From Eledone cirrhosa (lineage: Eukaryota): DNA of 64,000 nt. Shown here one piece after another: positions 27,115-40,436 of this stretch (its first letter is position 1; every line of letters begins with the position of its first letter). The stretch is taken from the NCBI GenBank assembly GCA_964016885.1, contig OZ024742.1:31806001-31870000 (forward strand), read 5' to 3'. The notes under the pieces are model-generated. The model saw only the letters and a program-made list of their open reading frames with translations, was not told the DNA's origin and searched no databases. Both the position numbers and the translations under genes were made by a program.

Positions 27115-27690
27115 GTTTCTGTGTTACATGTCTCATGGTGTGTTGTGTTACATGTCTCATGGTGTGTTGTTACAGGTATGTTGTTACATGTCATGGTGTG
27201 TTGTGTTACATGTGTCATGGTGTGTTGTGTTACATGTCTCATGGTGTGTTGTTACAGGTGTGTTGTTACATGTCATGGTGTGTTGTTACATGTGTGATGG
27301 TATGTTGTTACATGTCATGGTGTGTTATGTTACATGTGTCATGGTGGGTTGTGTTACATGTGTCATGGTGTGTTCTTACATGTGTGATGTTGTGTTACAT
27401 GTGTGATGGTGTGTTGTGTTACATGTCATGGTGTGTTGTTACATGTGTCATGGTGTGTTGTTACATGTGTGACAGTGTGTTGTGTTACGTGTGTCATGGT
27501 GTGTTGTGTTACATGTGTGATGGTGTGTTGTGTTACATGTCATGGTGTGTTGTTACATGTGTGACAGTGTGTTGTGTTACGTGTATCATGGTGTGTTGTG
27601 TTACATGTGTGATGGTGTGTTGTGTTACATGTGTGATGGTGTGTTATGTTACAGTAATGTTACCTTAACATGTGTTATGTTACACAAACA
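27115..27690. repeat. Minisatellite (gttacatgtgtcatggtgtgttgt)
   Basis: Direct inspection. Confidence 0.88.
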
Positions 27691-28269
27691 TGTTACACAT
27701 TCTGGTGTAAAGGGATAGGTGGAATTTGAACCATAGAAACTCTATTCCACCCAGTGTTATCAGCATGTATCATTCCCACACTTCCCCCACCCTACTGCCT
27801 CCACACACCAGCCACTACACCCTCACACACACACCAGCCACTACACCCTCACACACACACCTATACCTGTGTGTGTGTGTGTGTGTGTGAATCAGAACTG
27901 TTATCTTTTCTGAATTAACCATCAGTACTTTGTGATATATTGTGCATTTAAGATCTCAGTGTCATGGCCAGCACTACTACTACCACCACTACCACCACCA
28001 CTACCACCACCACCACTACCACCACCACCACTGCCGCCACTACAACCACCGCCAGCACTACTACCACCACCACCACCACTGCCACCACCGCTGGCACTAC
28101 CACCACCACCACCACCATCAAAATGTCACCACCATTATCAACACTCTATTATCAAAAAACTTCATAAACGCCACCTCCACCACCACATAATTATTCCAAT
28201 CAATATATTTCGCTCATTAGTAACAAAATCAAGTAAAAAGAACAATACAGATATCATGAGGGTGGTGGT

Positions 28270-28603
28270 GAGGATGTAGTACTAGTAGTTGTGGTGGGAG
28301 GTGTAGTACTAGTAGTTGTGGTGGTGGAAGATGTAGTACTAGTAGTTGTGGTGGAGGATGTAGTACTAGTAGTTGTGGTGGTGGGGAGTGTAGTAGTTGT
28401 GGTGGTGAAGGGTGTAGTACTAGTAGTTGTGGTGGGGAGTGTAGTAGTTGTGGTGGTGGAGGATCTAGTAGTTGTGGTAGTGGAGGATGTAGTACTAGTA
28501 GTTGTGGTGGTGGAGGATGTAGTACTAGTAGTTGTGGTGGTGGAGGATGTAGTACTAGTAGTTGTGGTGGTGGAGGATGTAGTACTAGTAGTTGTGGTGG
28601 TGG
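28270..28603. repeat. 30-bp tandem repeat (gaggatgtagtactagtagttgtggtggtg)
   Basis: Direct inspection. Confidence 0.88.
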
Positions 28604-29249
28604 TCCCTTCATCATTTCTGTGAGGTTCAACCATTTGAGATTATCTCACACCACTTAAGCCCAGGTCTTCCTCTACTGCAGCTACCTTCCACTCAGAACT
28701 ATTCTTCTTCTTCACCCATCATTATATCAGCCATATTCATCTCGTGTCTACACCAGCACCATCTTGCTCTCCACATTTGGTTCCTCTTATACCCAGCTTC
28801 TCTCTTAGTGACTACATCAGTCATGTATACTAACACCACATATTCAATTATGTATCTTCCTTTCTCTCCAGCCATCACATATCCTCTACATTTACTGCTC
28901 ATGTCTCACTACCATGTAACATCACACTACATACAGCATACACAGACATCATACAATCTACCCTCAATATACCCTCTACATTTACCACCCATGTCTCACT
29001 ACCGTGTAACATCACACTACATACACACACACATCACACTACATACACACACACATCACACTACATACACACACACATCACACTACATACGCACACATTA
29101 CACTACATACACACACATCACACTACATACACACACATCACTACATACACACACAACACACTACATACAACGTACACAGACATCATACAATCTACCCTCA
29201 ATATACCCTCTACGTTTACTGCCCGTGGTAGTGCTGGTGCGATATTATA

Positions 29250-29512
29250 AAACACCCAGTACACTCTGTAAAGTAGTAGTGCTGGTATCCTGATGAAATG
29301 CACCCAGTGCACTCTGTAAAATAGTAGTGCTGGTATCATGATGAAATACACCCAGTGCACTCTGTAAAATAGTAGTGCTGGTATCATGATGAAATACACC
29401 CAGTGCACTCTGTAAAGTAGTAGTGCTGGTATCATGATGAAATACACCCAGTACACTCTGTAAAGTAGTAGTGCTGGTATCATGATGAAATACACCCAGT
29501 GCTCTCTGTAAA
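29250..29512. repeat. 57-bp tandem repeat, about 4.5 copies
   Basis: acacccagtgcactctgtaaagtagtagtgctggtatcatgatgaaat modules. Confidence 0.85.
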
Positions 29513-30566
29513 CTTGTTAGAGAGCATGCCAGAATGGAATGTTTGAGCAAGATATGATCATCTGATCTGTCTAGTCACAGAATATGATGTGTCCAGCCCA
29601 TGCCAACATGAAAACAGATATGATGATGATGATGATGATGATGAGAGGGATGAGGGTGTGGAGGAGGATGACCCTATAACTTTAGATCTACTACTGCTGG
29701 ATTTATAGCTAAAATCTTAACTCTACATTACCATCAGCACCACCAACACCACTATCACCACCACCACCAATACTACCATCAGCACCACCAACACCACTAT
29801 CACCACCACCACCAATACTACCATCAGCACCACCAACACCACTATCACCACCACCACCAATACTACCACCAGCACCACCACTATCACCACCATCATCACT
29901 ACCACCACTATCACCACCACCATCATCATCACCACCACTACTACTACCACCATCATCATCACCACCACCACTACCACCATCATCACCAGCACCACCACCA
30001 TTACATCCATCAACACCACTAACATCACCAACACCACCACCACATCCCCCAACAACCAAACCCCACCACCACCACCATCATCACTACCACCACCAACACC
30101 ACTACCACCACCAACACCACTATCATCACCAACACTACGACCAGCAGCACCACTAACATCACCATCACCACCACAACAGCCAACACCACTACCACCACCA
30201 ATACTACCACCATCATCACCATAACCACCAGCACCACCACCATTACACTCATCATCACTATCATAACAACCAACACCACTACCACCACCAATACTACCGC
30301 CAGCACCACAACAACCAATATCACCACCACCGCATCCTCCAACACCACCACCACCACCACCACCACCACCATAGATATATATATAATCAGTACATATTTC
30401 CGAACAAGATGTTGATGTTTTTTCCCCCTCTCCTCTTCAATGTAAATCCCTTTTCATTGAAACTGTTTGTATAAAAAAGACCTTAAGTAGTATTTGAAAC
30501 TTGTATTCATGGTGTTGTTTGTATTGTATATACTGCATGTTATTACTGTTGTTGTTACTGTTGTAG

Positions 30567-30686
30567 GACAAAGCTGAGAATGTGGTCATGGCAGCATTAT
30601 TCCAGAGTGCTGAGGAAGGTAACTTGGCTGGTTTAAAGGAGTTACTAACGATGGCAAATAATGTAAATGTCAACACAGCTAACAGG
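30567..30686 (+). CDS. DAPK1: DAPK exon, ankyrin N-cap (DKAENVVMAALFQSAEEGNLAGLKELLTMANNVNVNTANR)
   Basis: tgtag| acceptor, |gtaag donor, 120 bp, phase 0/0. Resembles human DAPK1 DEEDSFVMKAIIHAINDDNVPGLQHLL...VNQPNK (recalled). Confidence 0.9.
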
Positions 30687-31041
30687 GTAAGTTGAACAAG
30701 TTTACTTAGTAAGCCCTGACCCGACCTTTTTTTTTTTTTGTAAATACTACTACTATTACTACTACTACTACTACTACTATTACTGCAACTACTACTACTA
30801 TTAATACAGCTACTGCAGTTACTACTACCACTACTACTATTGTTGTTGGTACTATTACTACTACTACTACCACTGCTATTACTACCACTACTACAAACAC
30901 TACTACTGCTACTACTACTATTTTTTTAGTTTTTTTTTTCTTTTATTTAAATTCCTTCTTGGTGGTGTCAGTCAGAGGAATGCAGCCCTGCCAGGGTACT
31001 GCCCTCAAGGGTTTTAGTTTATCCACATTGACGCCAGTATT

Positions 31042-31846
31042 TACTGTATACACTGAACACTCTTATGTAAACCAAGAAATATTTGACAAAGAAATCGATG
31101 GTAAAATAGAGGTTGGCTTATATTTGGGGTGAATATTTTGCCGATTTTCACCAACTTCAAATATAATGCTAAAATATCTGGAGTGATTATTTTACAATAC
31201 AACACAGTTTTTCTAACTAATACATCAACATTTGTATCATTTTACTTTGAAAATATTTCCAACAATTTTTTTATAATTTTAACTTTTTAATACATAAATA
31301 TCCCATACACATATATGTACGCACATATATGCACACGCAGACACGCGTGCCAACTGTTTTAATAATACTTTTTCTTTCAATCTTATGTAAGATTGAAATC
31401 TTACTTCTCACTTGTATTTTATTGTTCTCACTCTCCCTTCTATCACTCTCTCATTTGCTGACACTTCCTCCTTGCTCTATTCTATGAATCTCCATACAAA
31501 GTTCTCTTATTCGATCCCTTGTTTCAAATTACTCCCAGCATGTGAGGAGCTGGAATTAAACAAAAATTAGAGAAATTTGATGAAACTATAAAACAGATGA
31601 AATGATAAAAATTCATTACATAATGGAGTTATGAAACAAAAACTACACAGTAAACGACACTTTATACATTTTAAATATCAAATATTAAAACTTCATAAAT
31701 ATATTCTCCACTCTTGAGAATTTCAAAACTTCACCATCTAAACATAATGTGTTAATTACCTGCCTTGGTTTATAAACAGGGTTTGAAATTTTGCCCATTT
31801 CTCAGACATAGAATAGGGGTTGGCTTATATTCAAGTATATATGGTA
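31042..31846. mobile_element. Decayed Tc1/pogo-like non-autonomous DNA element (right part repeated at about 51510-51785)
   Basis: tactgtatacac...agtatatatggta termini; about 280 bp shared with 51510-51785. Confidence 0.45.
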
Positions 31847-32404
31847 CTTCAATTTCAGTCAGGTGCTTATTTTATCGATCTCTATTTATCAAGTATCTAA
31901 GTTACCTGTTTTAACATTAACCTTTTAATTACCAAATGAAAGGTGGAGCTGGCCTCCACCAGTTTCAATGAGGATTGTTCCAGTAATTCAATCAACAGTG
32001 CAAGCTCACAAAATTAACATGTTAGTGGATGACTGATCCACAGACACAGGTACAATTAATGTAAATCTCAGGGAGATTCAGTGTAACATAGTGTCTCATA
32101 GGTGCAGTTCATACAACTAGGTTCCATTTAGCCAGTTTCACTCATAAGGTATGGGTTAACCCAAGATATGGGTTGATGCAAAGCATGTGTGACCCTAAGC
32201 TTGGGTGACCCAAGGTATGGATTGACTCTTGGCATATGAGTTGACCCCAAAAAATTGGTTGACCCAAAACATGGCTTGACCCAAGACATGGGTTAACCCA
32301 AGGCTATGGTCAATGACACTTGAGCAAGATACCTCACAGTGTGATAGAACCTGGGACTTAATGATTGTGCAGTGAACCTCTTAAATATATAGCCAAACGG
32401 TGTA

Positions 32405-34165
32405 TACTTTCATTACCATATTTCTAATGAAAGACACTACCTATGTCATTAACCCTTTCATTACTATATTTCTAATGAAAGACACTCCTTATGTCATTAA
32501 CCCTTTCATTACCATATTTCTAATGAAAGACACTACCTATGTCATTAACCCTTTCATTACCATATTTCTAATGAAAGACACTACCTATGTCATTAACCCT
32601 TTCATTACCATATTTCTAATGAAAGACACTACCTATGTCATTAACCCTTTCATTACTATATTTCTAATGAAAGACACTACCTATGTCATTAAACCTTTCA
32701 TTACTATATTTCTAATGAAAGACACTACCTATGTCATTAACCCTTTCATTACTATATTTCTAATGAAAGACACTACCTATGTCATTAACCCTTTCATTAC
32801 TATATTTCTAATGAAAGACACTACCTATGTCATTAACCCTTTCATTACTATATTTCTAATGAAAGACACTACCTATGTCATTAAACCTTTCATTACTATA
32901 TTTCTAATGAAAGACACTACCTATGTCATTAAACCTTTCATTACTATATTTCCAATAAAAGACACTACCTATGTCATTAAACCTTTCATTACTATATTTC
33001 TAATGAAAGACACTACCTATGTCATTAAACCTTTCATTACTATATTTCCAATAAAAGACACTCCCTATGTCATTAAACCTTTCATTACTATATTTCCAAT
33101 AAAAGACACTACCTATGTCATTAAACCTTTCATTACTATATTTCTAATGAAAGACATTCCCTATGTCATTAAACCTTTCATTACTATATTTCTAATGAAA
33201 GACACTACCTATGTCATTAAACCTTTCATTACTATATTTCCAATGAAAGACACTACCTATGTCATTAAACCTTTCATTACTATATTTCTAATGAAAGACA
33301 TTCCCTATGTCATTAAACCTTTCATTACTATATTTCTAATGAAAGACACTACCTATGTCATTAAACCTTTCATTACTATATTTCCAATAAAAGACATTCC
33401 CTATGTCATTAAACCTTTCATTACTATATTTCTAATGAAAGACACTACCTATGTCATTAAACCTTTCATTACTATATTTCCAATAAAAGACACTACCTAT
33501 GTCATTAAACCTTTCATTACTATATTTCTAATGAAAGACACTCCCTATGTCATTAAACCTTTCATTACTATATTTCCAATAAAAGACACTACCTATGTCA
33601 TTAAACCTTTCATTACTATATTTCCAATAAAAGACACTACCTATGTCATTAAACCTTTCATTACTATATTTCCAATAAAAGACACTCCCTATGTCATTAA
33701 ACCTTTCATTACTATATTTCCAATAAAAGACACTCCCTATGTCATTAAACCTTTCATTACTATATTTCCAATAAAAGACACTACCTATGTCATTAAACCT
33801 TTCATTACTATATTTCCAATAAAAGACACTCCCTATGTCATTAAACCTTTCATTACTATATTTCCAATAAAAGACACTACCTATGTCATTAAACCTTTCA
33901 TTACTATATTTCCAATAAAAGACACTCCCTATGTCATTAAACCTTTCATTACTATATTTCCAATAAAAGACACTCCCTATGTCATTAAACCTTTCATTAC
34001 TATATTTCCAATAAAAGACACTACCTATGTCATTAAACCTTTCATTACTATATTTCCAATAAAAGACACTCCCTATGTCATTAAACCTTTCATTACTATA
34101 TTTCCAATAAAAGACACTCCCTATGTCATTAAACCTTTCATTACTATATTTCTAATGAAAAACAC
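32405..34165. repeat. 48-bp minisatellite, about 36 copies
   Basis: Unit ttaaccctttcattactatatttctaatgaaagacactacctatgtca. Confidence 0.95.
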
Positions 34166-34371
34166 TGCCTTAGATTTACTAATTAATCAATTTGCCATGT
34201 AATCAGAAGACCACCTACTAACTATGTAGAATTGGTGTAACATCAGTGTTTCCCCAACCCCAGACCCTACTGTAGATTGCCCCCTAAAAAGGTGTATCTC
34301 TGAGATCTCTAATAATGTAGGGTTAACACTAGATTACTACTGTCTTCAGTTCTATTGTTTCTCTCTTTCAG

Positions 34372-34470
34372 CATGGTGAGACTGCCATTCACAATGCTGC
34401 TAGTGGAGGCTATGTAGAGGTTATAAAGTATCTTCATTCCAAAGGAGCCAATATTGATGTTCTTGACAAG
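34372..34470 (+). CDS. DAPK1: DAPK ankyrin-repeat exon (HGETAIHNAASGGYVEVIKYLHSKGANIDVLDK)
   Basis: ttcag|...|gtaag, 99 bp, ankyrin consensus. Confidence 0.93.
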
Positions 34471-34689
34471 GTAAGTGGCATTATTTCTTAACTGCTGAGG
34501 TTAGCTTTGCCTTTCATCCTTATAGGAGTTGATAAAATAAAGTACCAGTAATGCACTGGAGTCAATTTAATCAACATCCCTTCCCCCGATTTGTTAGCCT
34601 TTTGCCTAAATCAGAACCATTATTTCCCAACCTTCTAGTATCACTTGAATGTGTGATAAATTAAATTGCTCCCCTGGTTTAACACTACC

Positions 34690-35122
34690 ACCTGGTCTAA
34701 GATGTTAGTGTAACAATACCACCACTCCAGATGTGGTCTAAGATGTTAGTGTAACAATACCACCACTCCAGATGTGGTCTAAGATGTCAGTGTTATCAAC
34801 AACACCATTCCAGATGTGGTCTAAGATGTCAGTGTTAACAACACCACCACTCCAGATGTGGTCTAAGATGTCAGTGTTAACAATACCACCACCACTCCAG
34901 ATGTCAGTGTTAACAACACTGCCACCACCCCAGATGTCAGTATTAACAACACCACCACCCCAGATGTCAGTATTAACAACACCACCACCCCAGATGTCAG
35001 TATTAACAACACCACCACTCCAGATGTCAGTGTTACCAACAACACCCCCACTCCAGATGTCAATATTAACAACACCACCACTCCAGATGTCAGTGTTAGC
35101 GACAACAACAACACTCTAGATG
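34690..35122. repeat. Minisatellite (cagatgtcagtgttaacaacaccaccactc)
   Basis: Direct inspection. Confidence 0.85.
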
Positions 35123-35814
35123 TTGTCATCTATTTTCAGCAATCTATTATAACCAATAAAACCTAATTCCATGCAACACTGCTTATATTATTTATTTTCA
35201 TTCAAGGTCCAACACCAGACTAATCTCCATCATATCTCTCAGCCATTAAGATGGACAAGAGATATAATATGGATTAGACTGTCCTATTGCTCCCCACCAT
35301 CCTCCTCATCCTTACTACTACTACCACCATCCTCCTCCTCACCACTATCACCATACTCATATCATCATCATTAATCATTTTATAACCATATTTAATTGAA
35401 AAGTCCTAATGTCTTGTACTACATGAAAACGCATTACCAAGACTTACTTAAAAACATGCATCATTATGTCTCTATTACATTAAATATTAAAGTGTTTACT
35501 CTAATACTGCAAATTTTCACAATGATCTGTCTACAAGTATAGATACTATAAACATTTGAATTAATAAACCACATTTTTTAATATTACAAAACACCAAGTC
35601 TTTACATTAATATTTAAACATTTGAACATTTGAATTAATAAACCACATTAGCAAGACATTTTTTTAAAGTAGAAAACAGCACAATGTCTGCATTACATTA
35701 AATATTAAAGTCTTTACTTTAATATTGCTAATTTTCACAACAATCTGCCCACTAGAAAAGATACAATAAACAATCCCATTTTTAAATATGTCCTGCTAAA
35801 TCATTAGAGGGTGT

Positions 35815-36240
35815 TAAAAGTTAATGAAGAATGGGCAGTGTATGCAGAAGACATGTGGAGGCTGGAGGGAAATGAGGCAAGCATGCTTTGATGGATGTGC
35901 AATGGTAATGTGTGAGAACAACATAGCATTGATGAACTGAGGGAGAATCTGGGTATAAGAGGAATCAGAAGTAGAGTACAGGAGAGGAGACTGAAGTGTG
36001 GACATGTGATGGTGATATGTATGGATGATGATCGGTGGCTGAAGAAGTGACAAGTAATCCTAGTGAAAGGAAGCCACAGTAGTGGAAAACCAAGGTAGAC
36101 CTGGATGAAAGTGGTGAGAGCTGATACCAGATCATTAAAGCTGATGGAGGAGATGACAAAGAAACATAAGTGGAGAGTTGCTGTACTGAGAAGGACCTGT
36201 CCAAATACCCAGTCTATCCAAGTAAGGTTGTCATGAGATG
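35815..36240 (+). mobile_element. RTE-clade LINE 3' fragment (related minus-strand tails at about 51045-51425)
   Basis: Decayed MLRWMC...LRENLGI...RRL...GHVM and GKPR-TW motifs. Confidence 0.7.
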
Positions 36241-36646
36241 GTGACACGACAAAAACCATCCAGCCCCCCCCCCCCCCCCCCTCCCCCCTGTCAAGTGGTG
36301 CCACAACAACAAAAAGAAGTACCCAGTCAAATCTATTAGGTGGTCATTTCGGTGCCACAATAAAAAGCACCTAGTCCACACTGTAAATGTAGTTGTGTAT
36401 CAGCAAGGTGTGGTCTTTTAACCTGACTTGACTTGTCTCATAATGTGACAACCCACATAACTCATGCAGGTGTGCAAAATGGATGTTAAATGATGATGAT
36501 GATGATAATGATATAGATATATAAACATGAAACTCCTAGTATAGCTTCACAGCTATCAGATTTATACCACTCTACTCATGTATATCTAGTTTTGTTCCTC
36601 CTATTTATACAGCCAAACCTGTATGTGTGTGATATAAATTGATATA

Positions 36647-36740
<94 letters not shown>

Positions 36741-37124
36741 GGGTCATCTAAGATTGTCTTTCAGTAAATAACATTAATCAATATATAATTTGTAATGAAA
36801 TACTTCAAAAGAAGTCACTGAAGCATGTATCATATGATAACCAGCAGATAAAAGTACACAGATTTGTATGATTTATATAATGGGGAGTGGACACAGTGTT
36901 GTGGTGCTGTCCCACGAGTGTACTGAATGACATGTTTAACTGATCTGGGAATAGATGGGAAAATTCTCAGTAGATAAGTTGGTTGCTGTTAATTTTATAC
37001 TCGGATTTATTGTTTTATAAATTTATAGTCATGAATATATGTTTATATAAGTTTATAGTCATGAATATATGTTTAACTGATCACCATACATATATATATC
37101 TAAGAAGGATTCAGGCTTCTAGAA

Positions 37125-38215
37125 TTCTGCGATGTCAATATGTAACACAAACTTCAAAAAACCCGACAACCACCTGATCACCTATAGATCAGGGGAGCAT
37201 TCTAGTCAGATAGATTTTATCCTCATCAGAGGATGTGACAGATGGACGGTCGTAAACACAAAAGCCTTCCCTAGTGAGGAATGTACCTCCCAACATAGCT
37301 TAGTTGTCAGCGACCTCACGGTCAGAACTAGACAAACCTGGAAATAGAGGCCAACCTGGAGAAGAAAGATCTGGAAGCTGAAAGACCAGTAACAGATTTA
37401 AAGATATTTTACTCAACGCCTATGACAGTAAAGAAGAACAGATAGAGACATTCAATGTAGAAGAGCACTGGGATCTCGAGAAAGCCTTTGACAGAGTTCC
37501 ACCTGCTATAATCTGGTGGGGTCTTAGAAAACTAGGAGTAGATGAATGGCTTGTGAAAGCTGTACAAGCCATGTATAGGGGAGCAGTCAGCAAAGTTAGG
37601 ATTAGCAATGAGTATAGCGAGGAATTTAGCGTACAGGTCGGTGTCCACCAGGGCTCTGTTCTTAGCCCTCTCCTGTTCATCATAGTCCTGCAGGCAATAA
37701 CGGAGGAGTTTAAGACCGGATGCCCATGGGAACTCCTGTATGCAGATGACCTCGCACTTATAGCTGAATCTATGGTAGAACTAGAGAAGAAATTCCAAAC
37801 TTGGAAGCAGGGACTAGAAAGAAAGGGTCTCAAAGTCAACCTGACAAAGACTAAGGTCCTTGTAAGTAGACGAGAAAACAGAACCCAGATCCCCTCAGGG
37901 AAATGGCCTTGCTCAGTATGTAGGAAAGGTGTAGGTAGGAACTCCATTCTCTGCCCAAAATGCAAACAATGAGTACACAAGAGATGTAGCGGGATCTCAG
38001 GAAGCTTAATTAAGAATGTAGGCTTCACATGCAGCAGCTGTACTGGGACAGCAAACAGCCACAGGAAACAAGTACCACCAATCTCGGGGAGGGCTCTGTA
38101 GAGACAGTAGACAGCTTCTGCTACCTAGGTGACCAAATTAGCAGCGGAGGTGGGTGTTCGGAAAGTACAATAACTAGGGTAAGAACAGGATGGAAGAAGT
38201 TCAGGGAGCTGGTGT
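37125..38215 (+). mobile_element. RTE-clade LINE remnant (APE endonuclease end, RT core, PHD-like Cys finger), internally deleted
   Basis: CNTNFKK...SQIDFIL...SQHSLVVSD; DLEKAFDRVP; GVHQGSVLSPLLF; LLYADDL; WPCSVC...C..C...HKRC; FCYLGD; contains stop codons. Confidence 0.88.
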
Positions 38216-38597
38216 GCATGGGCAACTGCTGGTCTTCCACAAACAAACCTTGTCCAGGCTTGTGCCACGGAGGGAAAATTTCTAAGTGCAAAATCACCAC
38301 CACCACCACCATCATCATCATCGTTGCCATCACCACCACCACCATTATCATCACCACCACCGCCATTATCATCACCACCACCGCCATTATCATCACCACC
38401 ACCACCATTATCATCACCACCACCACCATTATCATCACCACCACCACCACCACCATTATCATCACCACCACCACCACCACCATATCATCACCATCATCAT
38501 TGTCATGATCTTCATCATCTAACATTTGTTCTTTTTTTCAATTAGTATGGGTTGAATGGGTTGTCATTGACCAAGTCAGTAGTTAACTAGAGTGACT

Positions 38598-38963
38598 CCC
38601 CTCTCACCGACAGGCTGGGGGAAGGGACCCTCTCATCGACAGGCTGGGGGAAGGGATCCTCTCACCGACAGGCTGGGGGAAGGGACCCTCTCACCGACAG
38701 GCTGGGGGAAGGGATCCTCTCACCGACAGGCTGGGGGGAAGGGACCCTCTCACCGACAGGCTGGGGGGAAGGGACCCTCTCACCGACAGGCTGGGGGGAA
38801 GGGATCCTCTCACCAACCGACTGGGGGGAAGGGACCCTCTCACCGACGGGCTGGGAGGAAGGGACCCTCTCACCGACAGGCTGGGGGGAAGGGACCATCT
38901 CACCGACAGGCTGGGGGGAAGGGACCCTTTCACCGACAGACTGGGAGGAAGGAACCCTCTCAC
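38598..38963. repeat. GC-rich 29-30 bp tandem repeat, about 12 copies
   Basis: ccctctcaccgacaggctggggggaaggga. Confidence 0.9.
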
Positions 38964-39059
38964 GAAGGGGAGAGCAGGCGGCCCACATCTCAGATACTTT
39001 ATATTATGTCAACTTATATGTTAAAATGTATGTTGTATATTCACGAGTGCTAATATTGG

Positions 39060-39270
39060 TTTCTAATAGGCACGAGGTCAGCAATGTTTGGGGGGAGGGG
39101 AAAGTCGATTAAATTGACCCCAGTGCATCACTGGTACTTAATTTTATTTACCCCCGTAAGGATGAAAGGTATAGTCAAACTCGGTAGGATTTGAACTCAG
39201 ATCGTAAATGGACGTAACTCTATGCCATAAAGCATGTTGTTCGACCGATACTCCACCAATTACTGCCAAT
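39060..39270 (-). mobile_element. SINE family B
   Basis: Same core and B box (GTTCAAATCC) on the minus strand. Confidence 0.75.
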
Positions 39271-39355
39271 TAATTATATAATAACTTTAAAATAATTAAT
39301 GTGATACAAACAAAGCATTGAAAGTTGAAACAAAATATAATTGGTGTATTTTCAG

Positions 39356-39454
39356 CACAATGACAGTGCAATATTTTGGGCCGTACGTCACGGACATTTA
39401 GATGTGGTGCGTTACCTGAAAGAAGAAAGTGTACCTCTTAACATACAAAACAAG
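39356..39454 (+). CDS. DAPK1: DAPK ankyrin-repeat exon (HNDSAIFWAVRHGHLDVVRYLKEESVPLNIQNK)
   Basis: ttcag|...|gtgag, 99 bp. Matches the DAPK1-typical AVYWAARHGH repeat. Confidence 0.93.
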
Positions 39455-39646
39455 GTGAGTTAACATCAGAATAAAATCTAAACTGTTTGTATTATTTGTA
39501 TTTACTTTGATGTGTCTAAGGTATACCATAGTGGATATAGCTTGTCTGTCTGTGTGCGTGTGTATATATATATATATATGTGTGTGTGTGTATATATATG
39601 TGTGTGTGTGTGTGTTTATATATATAGGTGTGTGTGTGTGTGTATA

Positions 39647-39697
<51 letters not shown>

Positions 39698-39989
39698 TGG
39701 TAGAAATCCATAGATGAAAGATCAAGGAAAACTGCTCAATCTACTGGAAGAGAGCTTATTTAGTGTAAACAAAGTTTCATACACTTAACCTGTCGACGAA
39801 ATGTTCATCAAGATGCCTGAATGAAGGGACAGATTAAAGGTGCCTCCTCTATTATACAGTGGTGGGCAGAACTGGACCCCAAAACCATTGGCAGCACATG
39901 TTAGGTGTATGAAACTTTGTTTACAATATGTATATATAACCCAATTTTATGTGGGGAATGGTAGTGTGTATATATTTTTATATCACTTA

Positions 39990-40380
39990 CTAGCCGAATT
40001 ACCCATGCCTTGCTGCGTTTCACACATTTTTTTTTTTGTAAGAAAATGATGATTGATTTTTAAATGTGATATAATTTATGGAGAAAAACTCCAGTAGGGT
40101 GTCTTAATATTATTGAAATTTGCTGAAATTTTGTGAATAGGCATCATATCTTGTCATTTACCTATGGTTTAAATTTCATATAAATCGAAGGGAAAAGATT
40201 TTCAGTGAGGGTTTGTGGCCCCGGTGAACCCTTTGATTAAAATGAAATATACTTATCCAAGTACCCTGGGCAATGTAGTTTCTGAATATATATGGTTATA
40301 GGGGTGTATCTCTAAAACTATAGGAGGAGTTTGTGAACAAACAAACAAACAGACAGGAACTACAACTTTATATATATAGA
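39990..40380 (-). mobile_element. Non-autonomous Helitron-like element
   Basis: Minus strand starts TCtatatatataaa with (ttgt)n and ends CTAG|T. Confidence 0.6.
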
Positions 40381-40436
40381 TATGAATTACACATAACATC
40401 ATTTCAGTAATTCTATGTATAATGTTGAGACACATA

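Noticed and set aside
32400-34202. 600-aa ORF of 16-aa repeats (also 46288-49075)
   Set aside because: Artefact of a stop-free 48-bp unit in an intron; sister arrays contain frameshifting 46-bp units.
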